Source of the DNA: Balanoglossus misakiensis | Taxonomy: Eukaryota; Animalia; Hemichordata | Length of the DNA: 64,000 nt | Assembly: GCA_040954595.2 (NCBI GenBank) | Contig: CM082580.2 | Coordinates: forward strand, 12,414,909-12,478,908 | Direction of reading: 5' to 3' | Shown: piece by piece, positions 24,758-39,023 of the stretch | Position numbering within the stretch: position 1 is the first letter of the stretch | Layout: each line of letters opens with the position of its first letter | Notes under the pieces: generated by a model | The model's input: only the letters and a program-made list of their open reading frames with translations | What the model was told of the DNA's origin: nothing | The model's database searches: none | Program-made: the position numbers and the translations under genes

Positions 24758-27700
24758 GTGAGTACTACTGATATTTCAAATAGTTGTAACAACGCCACCT
24801 CCATGCCAATTCACCAGTGTCTGTATTAAAGGGGGAAGTATTGATCAGTCAAACTATTTCCACCATCGAGGTGTTAATTAGTAGTAGTTACTCCATCACT
24901 GGAGAAAAGACTCCGTTTTTTGACAAGGCAGGTGTGGTTGTACAATCGTACGCGTAACACCAGTGAATATACTGTCGGTATTGCTTCTTGTTCATTCAGA
25001 AAATTACTCCCCATTTCGACTCGTAAAATGGACGCCAATATTTGATTGATTTCTGCTGGACAGTCGTACTTTTATGCGATTGCCGCGGAGAGATATTGAG
25101 TGAAGCGTACAGTCTGAAATTGACATGGGTCGCGCGCAAAGCGAACTGTTTACACGCGCACGAAGATTCAACATGGGAAGGAGACCCATCATATGAGTAA
25201 ACGTGTCATGCAATGAACAGTTTGAATGGCCAGGCCAGTGGGTCAACAAGGCCAATGGAAAAATAGGTTACTGTTTTAGTTTAATACAGCAAACAACGTT
25301 TGATGCGAGATAGTTGAGTGGTTCGGGCATCGGAACACACTATCTTGCAACCAGCGTTGGATGCGAGAATGTTTACAGTCGTTATTATATGACTTTATGA
25401 GTGGAAATAATTACGTGTGTGTATACTCGCACGTCAAGCGTAATTGCGATTAAAAAGCCACTGTCTCTTTATAAAGATATGCGTCCGTGTGGTGAATTTC
25501 GTCTGCTTATCCAACAAATGCCCCCTCTGCTCTGCTCCGTGCATATATGCATTCAACGCGGAGCTGTTAGGCGTGGGAAGCGCTTTGATAAATAATATGC
25601 ATTGCCCTTTTATGCGTCCTACTCCCAGCCCAGCCAGTGTTATTTAAATCACAACTCCATATTGTTGTTGTCGTCGTTGTTTATGTGCCGCAGGACTTCT
25701 ATAGACTGAGCCTCAGAACTGACTTTGCGTCTGCCTGGAAACAAATAGATGCTCATTGCAGGATTAGCCTTTGTGTGCCTTTTAAAGGACTTGGGTCCAT
25801 TTGTCACCTATCTCTCAGCCAAAGGACAACTTACCATGAACAGACTAATATTGTGTGTATGGGCTGATAACAAGGTTTTCTTGCTCATCTCAAAGCATTG
25901 TTTGTGGGAACAGAGAAACCAAAGGTGGACAATGAAAACATAATTACTAAGCCACACTTCCAAACAACAGAATATTAAACATGCATATTTTAACCTTCAA
26001 ACTTGGTACTCAAGCCACATGCATCATTTGTATTTACACCACTTTTTCATCCTCATTTTTGCATTTTTCCTAGCTATTAAGTAATATAAAATGATTGCTG
26101 GTATCAGAGGTCGAGATGTACCCTAAATATTGACCAGTATGAGTCATTAATACTTTAATGAAACCAATGTCATATTTTTAGTTTCAATCAATCAGCTACA
26201 TTAGGAGGCCTGATATAGTTACTGCACAACATGTCTGCAAAATCAGTCCAAAGATATTCTTGATCTTAGTTTTAATTGCGCAGTGGGAATATAGGCATAT
26301 ACGCTTTCATATCACTGTTCATGTCAGTGGGTATCCCCCCCCCCCTCTTCAACTAAGCAATGCATGCTGGGAGATAAAGTGCTGACACCCGAGCTAAATG
26401 CAAAATGAATAGTGCCACTGCACAGGATGGCGCATGTCAATAATTCCATAATCAATAATTGTTATTGGCAGGGCTAGGCATTTATCTTCCTTGAATTACA
26501 TAACAATGAATTATTTAATTTAAAAATGATAACCAAATTAAATCCAGTATGGTGTAATTATCAGGAGACCTCTGTTTATAGGCATACCATCTCATTAGGT
26601 TATGTTAGTAGGTTTGTTAGCGCTATTTATATACTATTGCCAACTGTATTAAAGCACGAGCGTTGATGTCATGCAAATATTTGTGATACTGTCATACCAC
26701 GATGGTTGTATTTATAAAATGCCATTTGAGTGTAGGCTACATGTGGTGATCTTGGCTGCTCTCACTGTGATCGTATTTCACTGTCTGTATCGTACACAAT
26801 ACCCTGTACTATCATCTGTGGCCAAAATCAACATTTATTTCACAATGATGTATTGAATTAGCGAACTAAATAAAAAATATACATGACATTTCCAATTTTT
26901 GCCATCAAGGTCACAATTATACTGGTAGGTGTGAAAATACCCAGCTGTGCTGAGTCCCTCTCATCACAAGATAATGACTAAAGAAATTAGGTTACCCCAC
27001 AGGCATAAAACCTTGGCTTTGATTAGGTCTGTGCGTTGTTTTATTTTATACACCATCCTTACATTTACCGAAAATGCCTACACCCAGATGAGGTTATTCA
27101 CCTTGGCACCATGAAAGAGTGTATGACCAAGGGCAGTCAGTGTTTGCACTCTGTGTTATGGAAGTTTTGCTGGTTCCATCTAAAGTATTGATGCATTTGT
27201 ATTGAAATTATGTACAGTGGACAGATACAGTATGTGTACATTATCATACAAATGTACATACATACGCACGTACGTATGTGCATACATACATCCATCCATA
27301 CATACATACATACATAATATAAGAGCTGATTTGTACCCTTAGAGATTGAGCAAATACTCCCTGTCATCTTGCTAAGGACTCTCACCTAAGGTGAAGCCCC
27401 AGACAGCTAGTTCACGCTGGGTTTGTTTGCTCTGTATGAACCCATTGGGTCAGTTAGGAAATGTAACACCCCTCTGGCCTTCCTACAGAAAGAACAGCAC
27501 CCAAGACTCACACACACCGCCACACAATAAAACCCAGATAGTGGCTACTGTACAGCGTAACAACAGTGTGCAAACAATAGCAAAGGGGGCTTTTGTTTCT
27601 GTTTTACCTGGCAAGTATCCACAGCAGATTAAACGTACCGTAGGCTGTTGTTATGCCCTTGCAGAAACAAAGCTGTGACAAGAACCTGAGACATTACCCA

Positions 27701-30700
27701 GGGAACGGTATTAAAATAACTGGGTAGTGGACTCTGTAAAAAAAATTGTATAATCAAAGGTACAGTGTATCAATTTATGGCGAGTTTTATTGTCGTGTGA
27801 GTTATTTAGATCGATAAGTGTTTCTCAATAAAAGTCTTATCAATCAGACCAGCAGAAAGTTTTGGAGCAGTTCAAATTCAAAAGGGGGTGAGCGTACGAC
27901 CAAACAGTTGTGACAATAGTTTCACACTTGAGTGAATTCCTTGTATTATTGGAATGAGAAAAGCTGTTGTGCCTTTGCCTGTAGCGTCTCCAGTTGGAAC
28001 CTGATGAAGTTTGTAGTGGAAAGAAAAGAATATAGCTGTCAACATTTTGAATTTGGCCGACTGGTTGTCCACATACTCATAGCACAGTTCCTGTAAAATA
28101 CCCAGTGTTTAGGAACCAGACTTGGAACAATAACCTCAAGGGCTTTGTTCCACAATTAATTTGGCCAATTAATCAATCCGTTAAAAGTGGCATATTGATT
28201 GAGGCATTGTAGCAAGGCAAAGGCAGTGGTGGTTTGGGATTACTGGAAGAAGACAGCTAGTTGGAGTGAGAGAACCTGATTCAGATAGCAGCTTCTGAGT
28301 TCAGAAAAGAAAATACTTGACGACTTTTGTCATGGGTATAAAGGTATGTAGCTTTTCCCTTTTTAAGCCAAGAGCCATACCACAAACCAGGTATGGACGC
28401 TTTAGTTATGCCATGCACTTTGGTTGCCAAGAATGAGGCCTGGTCTGGATTTGTCCACTGAGCTGGAAGACGCCATGATACGGCACAACTCACAAGACTA
28501 GTGGTCTTTCGAGGGCAGAAAAAAGATGCACTGTCAACTTTTCAACACACTGGTTACATGTACTTTGCTGTGGTTGATATGTGCTATGTTGTATGAGAAG
28601 TCTGATCATCCTTCAACTACTTGGTGAAACCATGGTGTCTATAATCATCACCGCATATTAAATTGATTCCCCGTGACCTATCAGTTTTCATTCTAATTTA
28701 CAAGGAATTTTAAATACAACCCCTATCTTTTTTCAATTTGCCACAAAAATAAACATGTACATGTAAGTGTTAAAATTGCTGCGGCCATTTGTGGTATATT
28801 GTATTTCACTGGTGAAATGGTCCCCTTCGGATTTCATTATGATTGCAGCATAATTGGTGAACAGGACGATTGAGACGAACTCTCCATAAATTTGCACATA
28901 CCAACTTTGTGTCATTAATTGAATACTGGTAAACACATGAATTACCTGACAAAATCATGGTAAATACAAGTGCATGGCTTGATATGTTAATTTATGTGTG
29001 TATGCATAGATACAGCTTACAGTTCACAAATAGCCATTTCAGAGTTTGATAAGTAAAAAGCTAGGGTCAACAGATTATAAACAATCATATGAACTATCTG
29101 GTTTGCCGCGAAGGCGGACACTGGTACATACATACTTCTTCTTCAAAACAGTCACTATGTTGGAATGTACTTGTGTACAATATAAGTCCACTCCTGATAA
29201 CCTGTGTAAAACATGTCAAATTAGCAGCCTGCTTTGCAGAGATTAGTAGTGGTGTTTTTTATTCCATTTCTGATATTGAATTACTCACGCGACCATCTCA
29301 AAATCTGTTTTTATGCAGGAAGGGCTGCAGTTTACACGTCTCAAATGTCTGTGGATAATAAACAAGGCCGATAAAAATGTTAAGCTCTGAAATCTGATCA
29401 GTCGATCAGCAGAGTGTCTTTCAAGCAGTTCACAAGGAACAAGTCGCAGTTTGTGTATAGTCTTTCTATTATACAGCGACATGTAAAGTCACTGTAAAAA
29501 ACAGATCAATACTGTAAAAATAGCATCAATGAAGTGAGTCTAGCAGTTTCAGAATTGATGACAATCAGCTGAATGATATAATAAAGAGGGAAGTGTCGCC
29601 AGTATTGAAGCAAATTGATCACAACGTACTACATCTTGCTGCTTTCAACAGAAGAGCAAGCGTACTTGCACAGTGGTGATACTGATAGCCGCAGGCTGGA
29701 TGGGACTTGCGTATTGTGTGAAGGGAAAAAGGAATGTTGTGCTATCCGTAGGCTATTCCGTTCATTTCTTTGATTGCGTCTGAAAAGTCGCTCATTAAAT
29801 CCAATTGAATGCCCCACGACTTCCATTGTTTCAGAGAAGTAGCTCTCACTGGGCACAGCGAAAGTAGGTTAAGTTAGTGCAGGCTGTTTGAATAACTTTA
29901 CTTTGTCTTCAAGTAGACAAGTTCTTTATGGTAGTTGTCCAAGTCTGTTGCAGTCCTCCCCTTCAGACTCCTAGTTTATAGACCATGCATCGTTACATTA
30001 ATGGTGATCCAAATGAAGACATTGTGATAACTATTTGCCAAGGGTTAATATACTGGTATGAAAACAGTTCAAAGCCACTAGGTTATTCCCATCACTGTAA
30101 AGCCCTTCTTTCAGCTCTGTACCACATGTGAAGGAGTTTGATTTGTTGCAATGCATTTCAACATCCCAATCATTCTTGTGATGCTTGCACATACCATTCC
30201 GATGTGCTTGGTTTACCAAATGTGTACATCAAAATAACTTTACTTACATAACAGGGACTTTAACATTATAAACAGAAGTCTGAAAACTTCAAAAAAACAA
30301 CTTGAAGGATATATCATGAGGGCTTCACAGGAATGAACTTAAGGCCTTAATGTCAAACTTTACATTCCACATGTGTCATCTAAAAAAACATAGCCTATAG
30401 GTGTACATTTTGGAAGAATTCCCCACATGCAACTTAGACTGCCAGTAATGGTTGACCTTTGACCTTCCTCTATCATGTATGTATGTACCTGGTTTCCTGC
30501 AGAGATGACAAGGTCAGATGTGTGACCTGGTCTAGAACTGTCTCAGTGATAAGTAAACCAGTCACAGTCGGTGCCCTTCAATGACATTGCATCTGTTGTA
30601 TGTGAACCCTGGATGGCAAGAGATATCGCTGTTATTCAGCAAAACTATGCAGGGAGACATCTGATGCCTGGTTTATCCTCGCAGTAATGAATCTTTATTG

Positions 30701-33700
30701 AAGGCCTCGCATGTGGCGTTTATATCAATATGCCATCATTTCTACACTGGGATAAATGTCAATTGTTTATAAACACGTCACGAGTTGGTCTTGCATTTTA
30801 TGGGTGGTCAACAAGTGTTGTTTACTGATTGAAACACAGCCACGCTTTAAGAAGTCTGTTGAAACCAAACTTATACAGCAGCATGCGTACTATGAACAAT
30901 CACTTTGAAATTGTCCTGGGATACAGTACACAAGCATTGTAGTTATTCTGATGATTGAACTTTGCTCATCATTCATCTGTCAAGTCCAATGTTTGAAATA
31001 TAGGCAAAGATGTGTACAGCCAAAGTGAAGTGTGTACCTGTAACCAGTTACACATACACGTACCACAGTTACTGTATCATGTGTATGTATGTGTGTATAA
31101 ATATTTGCAGTAACCAGTTCTCTGCTTGCTTTTTTTTTCTGCAACATATGATTTGATGCATTTCAGAAGATATTGTCTACGACAAACAAGTGTACTTGCA
31201 GTAGCAGTGGCCATTGTAATCAACCTTCCTAGGTTAACATGTGGCATGTAATCTGCACAGCATACTTTATTGGTTGGATGAGGCCCATTGTGGTTACAGT
31301 TTTATTTCTTTAATTAAACAAGAGGAAGCAGACAGATTACAAACAAGCAATCCACTCTTCAAGCAGATAAATGTTAAGAGACATATAGGATGTGACTGTA
31401 CAGTGTTTACTATGCACTGCGTGGCTCCATCTTTGTGCTTGGGTTACAGGGCGAGGCAATGTAGATTGGGTGTTATTTGGTCAGTTCACGCTATAACCAT
31501 GCACATTTTGCAACACAGCTTTAGTAATTTGTAAACTAGGCCATGGCATTCAACGTACATTGTAACCTCATTACTATTTAGTAGACACAAAGAGATAAAG
31601 TACTTTAATAGAGAGGGAAAATGAGAGCAAATATAGTTGATACATTTATTCATCATGTCATCAGTTGATGTCAAAATTGTAATCAAAGTCTAGCTTTCTA
31701 AAGCTATAAATCGAAATAAAAAATAAACCATGGATTATCACGATCTGACAGCTGACGTTCTGTCATCGTGACAATTAATCAACATTGACATTTCAGCGAA
31801 AGTTGCAGAGGAGAAACGGGGACAGTCAGGTATTTTAGCTTAAATAATTAATTGCAATTTGCATTTTGCTAGACGCTTTTGAAATTATGTCACTCATGTC
31901 TATTTTATGAGAATATTGGACTGAGAGGCCATTTATTTAGAAGTGTGTCCACGCATATAGATCATGGTATGTAACTGCTTGTATATTCAGGACAAATCCA
32001 TGCCACTGTTCGGATAACTTGGCTTTGTGTGATGGTTTTTCACTTTGTATAAATTAGCAGTGTCTGTGCACTACAATATATCTGGGAAACTTGTACCTGT
32101 ATTGCAACAGCCTGATGGTACTACATCCAACCTCTTTTTTTAACCTGTCTAGGAATGCCCTATATAAATATCAGAAATTTGAGAAAGGTAAGATTATCTC
32201 AAAAACCATGGCAACGGTGAGAAATTAGTTCTTGTGAGGCATGCAGGGACTTTCTCCTGTGTTTCCAAGGCACAATGATTTTAGGGTAATTTCCTTTCAG
32301 AATACCAGTAGGGAGTTAGTACCAGCAGGTCTTACATATACACTGTATGCGAATATAAACTTGACCTTCTTTTGACATTGATGAAAGGGATGTAAATATA
32401 TGCGAATCTGCTTTGTACTCAGTCCTTCACCTGACCATTGTAAGTGGCCATCTGTTGATGATTTTGTGAATTTTAATATGATGTGTGAAATGGCCACATT
32501 GATTTACACCAATGAATGACAATATTAGGAACTGGTACAAATAGGTTGACATTATGTGAATAAGTCAGTGGCTTGACTTTTAATGGGATTCGTGGGTGTG
32601 TTCACACATATGCTGTAGCCATGTCTCTAACACAGATCAACTCTGTATATTTTGAGCCTACAATGTGATCCCTGCATCCTTACTTCTGAAAGAATTAAGA
32701 CCAGGGCCATTTGATTCTGATGCATTTAGGAAAGAGGCCTCATCTATAATTGTACATCACATGATCCAATATGAACTCTTGACTATTTCAGGGTAATTTA
32801 TTTGAAAGTATGAGTCATCTACCTGTAGTGTGATATGAAATCCTGTGAGAAGTTAGACTTCCGTTTCCATCAAGCTAATGTGCATATATTTACCATTACG
32901 TCTAGTGTAACACTCAGCAATATGCATGATATATTTACCTTTACGTATAGTGTAACACTAGCTTTCTCAGAAGCAATCAGACGACCTTTAATACTCAAAA
33001 GATGGCTCCAGTAATTCATGTATTTTGCGCATGTTTTAATTGATTGCAAACCCCTTACCGTACGCAGTCTAATTAGTTATATCTATGGTGGGTTAATTGA
33101 TTGTCAATACTCAGTGTCTGGACAAAAGCATATAGTATGTCATTAGAATATTTTAATAGTATTGTTTTCATGAATATGTGAAATTCTTACTGATTGTCAC
33201 TGATTACCATGCAAGAATTTGTAAAACATTTACATAGAAAGAATTCGTTTCGAAAAGTTTAGGTGATCGTGGGAAAATATGTCCACCATGTTACAACATG
33301 AGATATTTACATTCTCTGTAATTGTTATTAATTTGTGACAAGATACAGAATTAATAGATGCAGTTTTTTTGTTGCTGAGAAATCTATAACCTGCAGTATT
33401 TCATTTATGCATATGATGTATTACGGTAAATACTGTAGTGATTCATGTGTCTGTGTATACAAGCTACCTGTCTGCCACCTGCCAAGGGATCAGATCAGAT
33501 GTTGACATCGGAGACCTCTGCCCCCCAAAATTTAGCAATCAGAATTCTTCCCAGTTAATCTGTCTCCTAGCAATCAGATCGGTGTATGCGCCCCAGCCAC
33601 TGTGGCTTCTATACCTGCACATGTGAGAACCACGGTTGAAAATTCACCACTGCAATGAAGGTAAACTCAATGTTCATGTACATGTAGTATCACTCAAACA

Positions 33701-36700
33701 TTCCTCTGGGATTTTGCAAGTGAACACTTTCAGACAAGTCACACCAAACACCTATGTACTTATGCTGCAGTGTGTATAAACATATGTGAATAGGAGCTCA
33801 TCTACACATAAGGGTACAGTCTCTTCAGCATTACAAGCACACATGGATTCATTGAAGTTTCTGAAAGTTATATAATCTTGTACACATTTAAGAGATACCG
33901 GTACACTTGGTCATCCCCTCATGCCCAGTTTTCCAAATTGCAGATAGATTCCTGAAGTCGTATCTTGATTAGTGAATTCCAGGTACTTCACGCCAATATA
34001 AAATATGATCACATCCTATTTACAGTTGCAGTTACTAAAAATACATTCCATCTGCAAATGTTAGATAAACTCGGAGAGCTCATATCCTTTAGCAGGAAAT
34101 CTGTCTGCAATGTCAGTTTCTGTACAAGCTGTCAAAGGAGCTTATCTATAATTTTCTTTTTCAGTTATTTTAGTAACAATAAAAATATGGAGAATAGAAT
34201 ATTGCTGCCCAGATACCATACATGTATACCAATACATATTACATAGTGATGTGGTCTCTTTTTGAAAATAAGAAATGCCGGTCTGGGTAAATCATTGATT
34301 GATTCTTATCAAAAGTTACGATTGGTTGTTATCAAAAATGTGAGGTCAGTATGAATTTAACGTGTAGGTCAAGTGAACTATAGCGTAATGGAGCATATTT
34401 CATAATGTTGTTTGTATCCTAGATAAAAAATGCGTGACATATTCTCACAGGTCTGTCTGTATTTTTCTATGCTTCAGAGACATTACAGTTACACATACAT
34501 TGTAGCGTAGCCATTAACATATTGGCTTGAAACGTAACCGAAATATCTCATGTCACAAATCAATCACCAGATAATATCCCTTGATGCTTCTGTGACCTAA
34601 TTAATAATATGTTAATTAGTATTCGTCTGTGTTGAGAGAAAGAAAAATATGAGATGATTTTGTATATGTAGGTGGTAGGCGTAAAAAAAATCCAGCATTT
34701 TGAAGCCTGAGTTCAACTGAAAAATTGAGTGAATATTAAACACGGTGTGAATTGAAGTGTTTGTTTCCTTCGTTGTGGGTGTGTCAGGAGGGGTTGGCTG
34801 TGGAATTGCCATGGGTTAGTGATTTTTCATTAAATGCTCGTTGCAATTTCAGGCCGAGGAAGTGTACTCCCATTGTTGCTTCTTTGTATTGTCAATTATT
34901 CTCTGAAGATAATAGCTCAGTCATAAAAATTAATTCTGTGCCCCAGAATGGATTATTAGAGATAGACAATTAATTCTTAGGTGATAGCTAGGTTATTCTG
35001 TGGATAAGTCGGGAATATTGGAATAAACTTACACATATATTTGTAGATGCATGTGACAACACAGTTTGATACTATCAAGTAACTCTCATTGAAATTGATC
35101 ATTTTCTTAATGGTAAAACAATTACATCATAAAACTGTCATTCCTGACCCTTGCTGACCTCTGCTAGTCTAGATGTCATTTGCTCTCTTTTTCATCACAT
35201 CTCATCCATCATAACTTCCCAGGGCCGGCATCATAGTGTGTTAAAACTATGGTGAGTTCTGTGTTTACGATCCTAAATCAGCAGCAGAGGGCGCATGACC
35301 AATATCTACACACTTCCACATTTTCAGAGCCCCCTACACATCATTCCCCAAGTTTTCCAACTTCCCATACTAAGCCCTCCATAACAATTCAGTTGGTTGC
35401 ACGATATCGTGCATTTTGAAAGCAGTTACTTTCATAGGAGCCACAGCGTTCCATTTGTGCAATCATGGTGGGTGATCTCGTAGATCAATGGATAGGTCAA
35501 CATGCTCTGACCTCCTATTGATCCTTGTGTGAGATGGCCTTTTGCAATCAGGTTGAGCTTTTTAACATCTTACAAGACAGTCTTTCAGCATAGAAATGTA
35601 CACTTGACGCAATGAATGATAGGATTCATCAGATGATTTTATGTCGGACAGACCATTATACACTGTATCTATTACTTCTCAGAACAGGCAATTTCTCAAA
35701 TTCCCTCAAATTTTGATGCCGTGGCCCATTTCAAGTTATTGACTTTCCTGCCTTTATGCCTGCACAGTGTATCAGCATTACAACTGTAGAGGGCAGTAGT
35801 ATACATTAGACACATACATGCACAGGTGACATGAAGTCTGTAAAGACAGAGATGATCAAAGAAATAATCAGCTGCTGCTAGACAAATTCACACCAGTACA
35901 TGTGAATGTAGGAGTAATTTCATTTGTGTAATCAGACCTCCAGTCCAGCCTTTCTGTTGCAATCTAAATTCAGTGGTCGATATAGGGATATCGCCCCACT
36001 GTGTCGGATCATCACTGCTCTTTGCGTATATCATTTACACATGGTTTGTTATGGGTTAAATATTTGAATAAACATTTTCCTAGGGGGCTGGTTTGGTAGG
36101 TTTATCTACATGTGCCTAGGGAGCCTGGCTTTAAAATATTAATCCCAATTCTTCATATTCCAATACCATTATCATACCTAATTGCTGTTTTATCAAGTTT
36201 AAGGAAAAAACATGTAAAAGAGATATTGTGATTCACTGCAGCAGTAATTGGACAGTAATAAAATTTACTCTCATGTGACCTCTAAAAAACTGTTTGATAA
36301 ATTTTATTTACTGGAAGAGACAAGTGTGAGTCACTTTTATTAACTAAAAGCACTGTGTGTGCTATTTGAATCATCTTTTGGTATTGTAGCATGCAATTGA
36401 AAGCCGATATGGGCAGCATGCGTTCATGCTGGCAGACGAGACATTGAATATTATGACAGTAATTGCAGACCCTATCTATTCAGGGTTAGGCCTTCTAGAT
36501 GGGAATAAAAATTAAGTTAGAAAATGCCATACATAGAAGGAGTTATTTTCAGCGGCCTTACAGATAAAAGAAAAATTGTTTTGAGATATTGTTTTGAAAG
36601 CTTCTGAATGTGTCTTAAATTGTTTTGGTTAATAAAATTTTTCGTGGCTGTATTAACACAATGTCCTGCTTGAAAATGCACATATGTCAGTGTAGAAGTG

Positions 36701-37395
36701 GATGGAGAGATTACTGTGATGTCAATATCAGGTGAAGAAGAGATCTCCCGCTGTAGGCCTCTGTCATATTATTATGATAATTCCAACAGCACGTCTCATT
36801 GCATTCCTCATTGTGTGTTTGCCGACTCTGGGAAAGAGCCGCCTCATTGCTATGTCACCCTGGAGAGGCTGTTCAACGATATTATTTGTAGGCAAGGCTT
36901 ACAGAGTCAACCCTGGCAGACTGACAGGTAGCTGGTTGCTGCCCTGCCCCTTTCTGTGTTGAGTGCCAAAACAGGGTTCGGCCCATTATCTGTGGTGCTG
37001 TCACTTGTAGACACAGTGTCTAGTGGTGGGAGGTTGGAGAGGGTTCTCTCTGCACAAGGATTTCTGGGAAGTGGCCCAGTTTTTGTCTGAGGGATGCCGA
37101 TGTGAGGAGAATACGTGAAGATTATGAGTAATAGGTAGTTGGCCATTCAGCATCCACTGAGACAGAGTGCCACAGCCACCTTGTGATTCGACCTGAATAG
37201 AACAGTCTGCATCGTATAATGGAACAGTAGCCGGGACTCCATTCAGGGTGGTTTAATTTGATGTGTGTGTGTGTTCCCCCTTTTTCTCGTCTGCTAGACT
37301 CCTTTTACTGCTAGTGTTTGTCTGGCCCATCTGCAATCCTGTGGAAGCCAAATTTGTCCACTGTCTGCTCAGCCTGCCATCCGGGATACAGCAAG

Positions 37396-37824
37396 ATGGC
37401 AGAACCGCCGGAAGATGAGAAGAAAGACGAGAAATCAGAGGATAATCCGGGAGCCGTGTTCCATCCCGCCGGCGGGAAAGAGACCATCGGCGGGAAGGTC
37501 CGGCGAGTGACTAACTCCATGTTCAACACGGTGACGGAGAAAATGGGATCGCTGCCCCTGGGCAAGCGTAACGATCCTGATCCGGTCTTCACGGAGATCG
37601 ACCGCACTCTCAAGCTTCCCGACAAGAGGGCCATATTCCGGGCCTCCCCGGAACACTTGGACAGTTACAAAATCCCCTGCTCTACCAAAGAGAAGAATAG
37701 AAACGGCACGCAGAATGGCAAATGTGCACGGAGTGATGGCAAATCGGAAAGCAGCTCCGAGGACCCCACGGAGGTGGATAGTCTGACAGAGGCAGATGCT
37801 GCAGTCAGGGCCAGAATGGAGTCG
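37396..37824 (+). CDS. Candidate long alternative first exon of DPYS/CRMP (143 aa)
   Basis: GC-rich ORF from AAGATGG: MAEPPEDEKKDEKSED...AAVRARMES|gtaatg. Phase-0 donor is compatible with the 44908 exon. Confidence 0.7.
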
Positions 37825-38938
37825 GTAATGTTGAACATGTGATCAGACATGGCTTCTTGAAATATCAATGAAATTATGTATTCCAGTCCCATTCATGACC
37901 CACCCTCTCTGTGGCCACCAACCGACAATTCCTGCACAGCCATAAATTATACCAAATACAATTTTGTTTATTTCTGTCGAAAAAACAAGACAGATCAATG
38001 CTCTATTTTTTTAAAACAAGAAATTGAAGGGTCGGTTGATTGTACTATCACAATTTGTATTTACAGTCTGTGCATAGTAATCAATAATGGCCACCCTCTG
38101 TAGACACTTAATGAATGCTAATCAGATGAAGGCATGCTTTTATCCTTTCAATGGGTGACTCCCATATTTCAATTTCCTACTTTTTAGTCCCCTTTCTGTT
38201 ACAAATGAAAAGATATACTGGAAATTTTTTGAAGCTCCAGATGCATCTGATCATCACCTTCGATGTCAATTTAGATGTTAATTTTCTGTTATCGGCAGAT
38301 TTCCTTCAATGTCATACCGTCAGGTGATGGAGATTTGAATATTGTTTCATTTTACCATTTTGAGTGAGTGAGTGAGTGAGTTTTGTAATATCTCAAGAGG
38401 GCAGATGACAAATTCACGGCACCTTGGCCACAAGTGAGAAACAGGCAAGCACTGATGAGTCAAATTTTGTAATTTGATCAACTCTGACAGTCAGTCCAGT
38501 CGGTCGTAAATACACCCTGCTTATAAATTTATCATCAGTCATCGTTAACATGCATCATATTTCTAAACTGTGTTTGCTCAAACGACACAAGAGATAGAGC
38601 TGTGTGACTAATATGAAGATGCAGCCAGTTTTTCTCTATTTTTTGATGAAGATTGATTGCGGCCGCCGGGTACATGCAGCAGTAATGACCGTAAATTTCC
38701 ATTGTGTGTTTGTCATGTAAATGATTGGCATTCTGAGAACCCCAAGTTCACCTCCATGTGTCAAAACCCCTGTGTACACACACACAAAGCTTCAAACACC
38801 CTTCAACTTGATCTCAGCAAACACAGGAAACACTAAAATGAGCATTTGCTACTGTGGAAATTGCCAAGCCATTATTCCATCCTGTAATCAACATTGCAAA
38901 TGCTGGATCCTGGCAGAAGTATTGACCTCTGTGTTTAA

Positions 38939-39023
38939 CCCTTTCACCACCGTGGTTTGGTCCAAATCCATTTGATTCTATGGTAAAGTTGGACCTCAAT
39001 GCAAGGAAATGGGGGTGAAAGGG
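38939..39023. mobile_element. 85-bp piggyBac-like MITE with TTAA TSD
   Basis: TTAA|CCCTTTCACC...GGTGAAAGGG|TTAA, 10-bp perfect TIR. Related copies at 8915, 10058 and about 46180. Confidence 0.8.
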
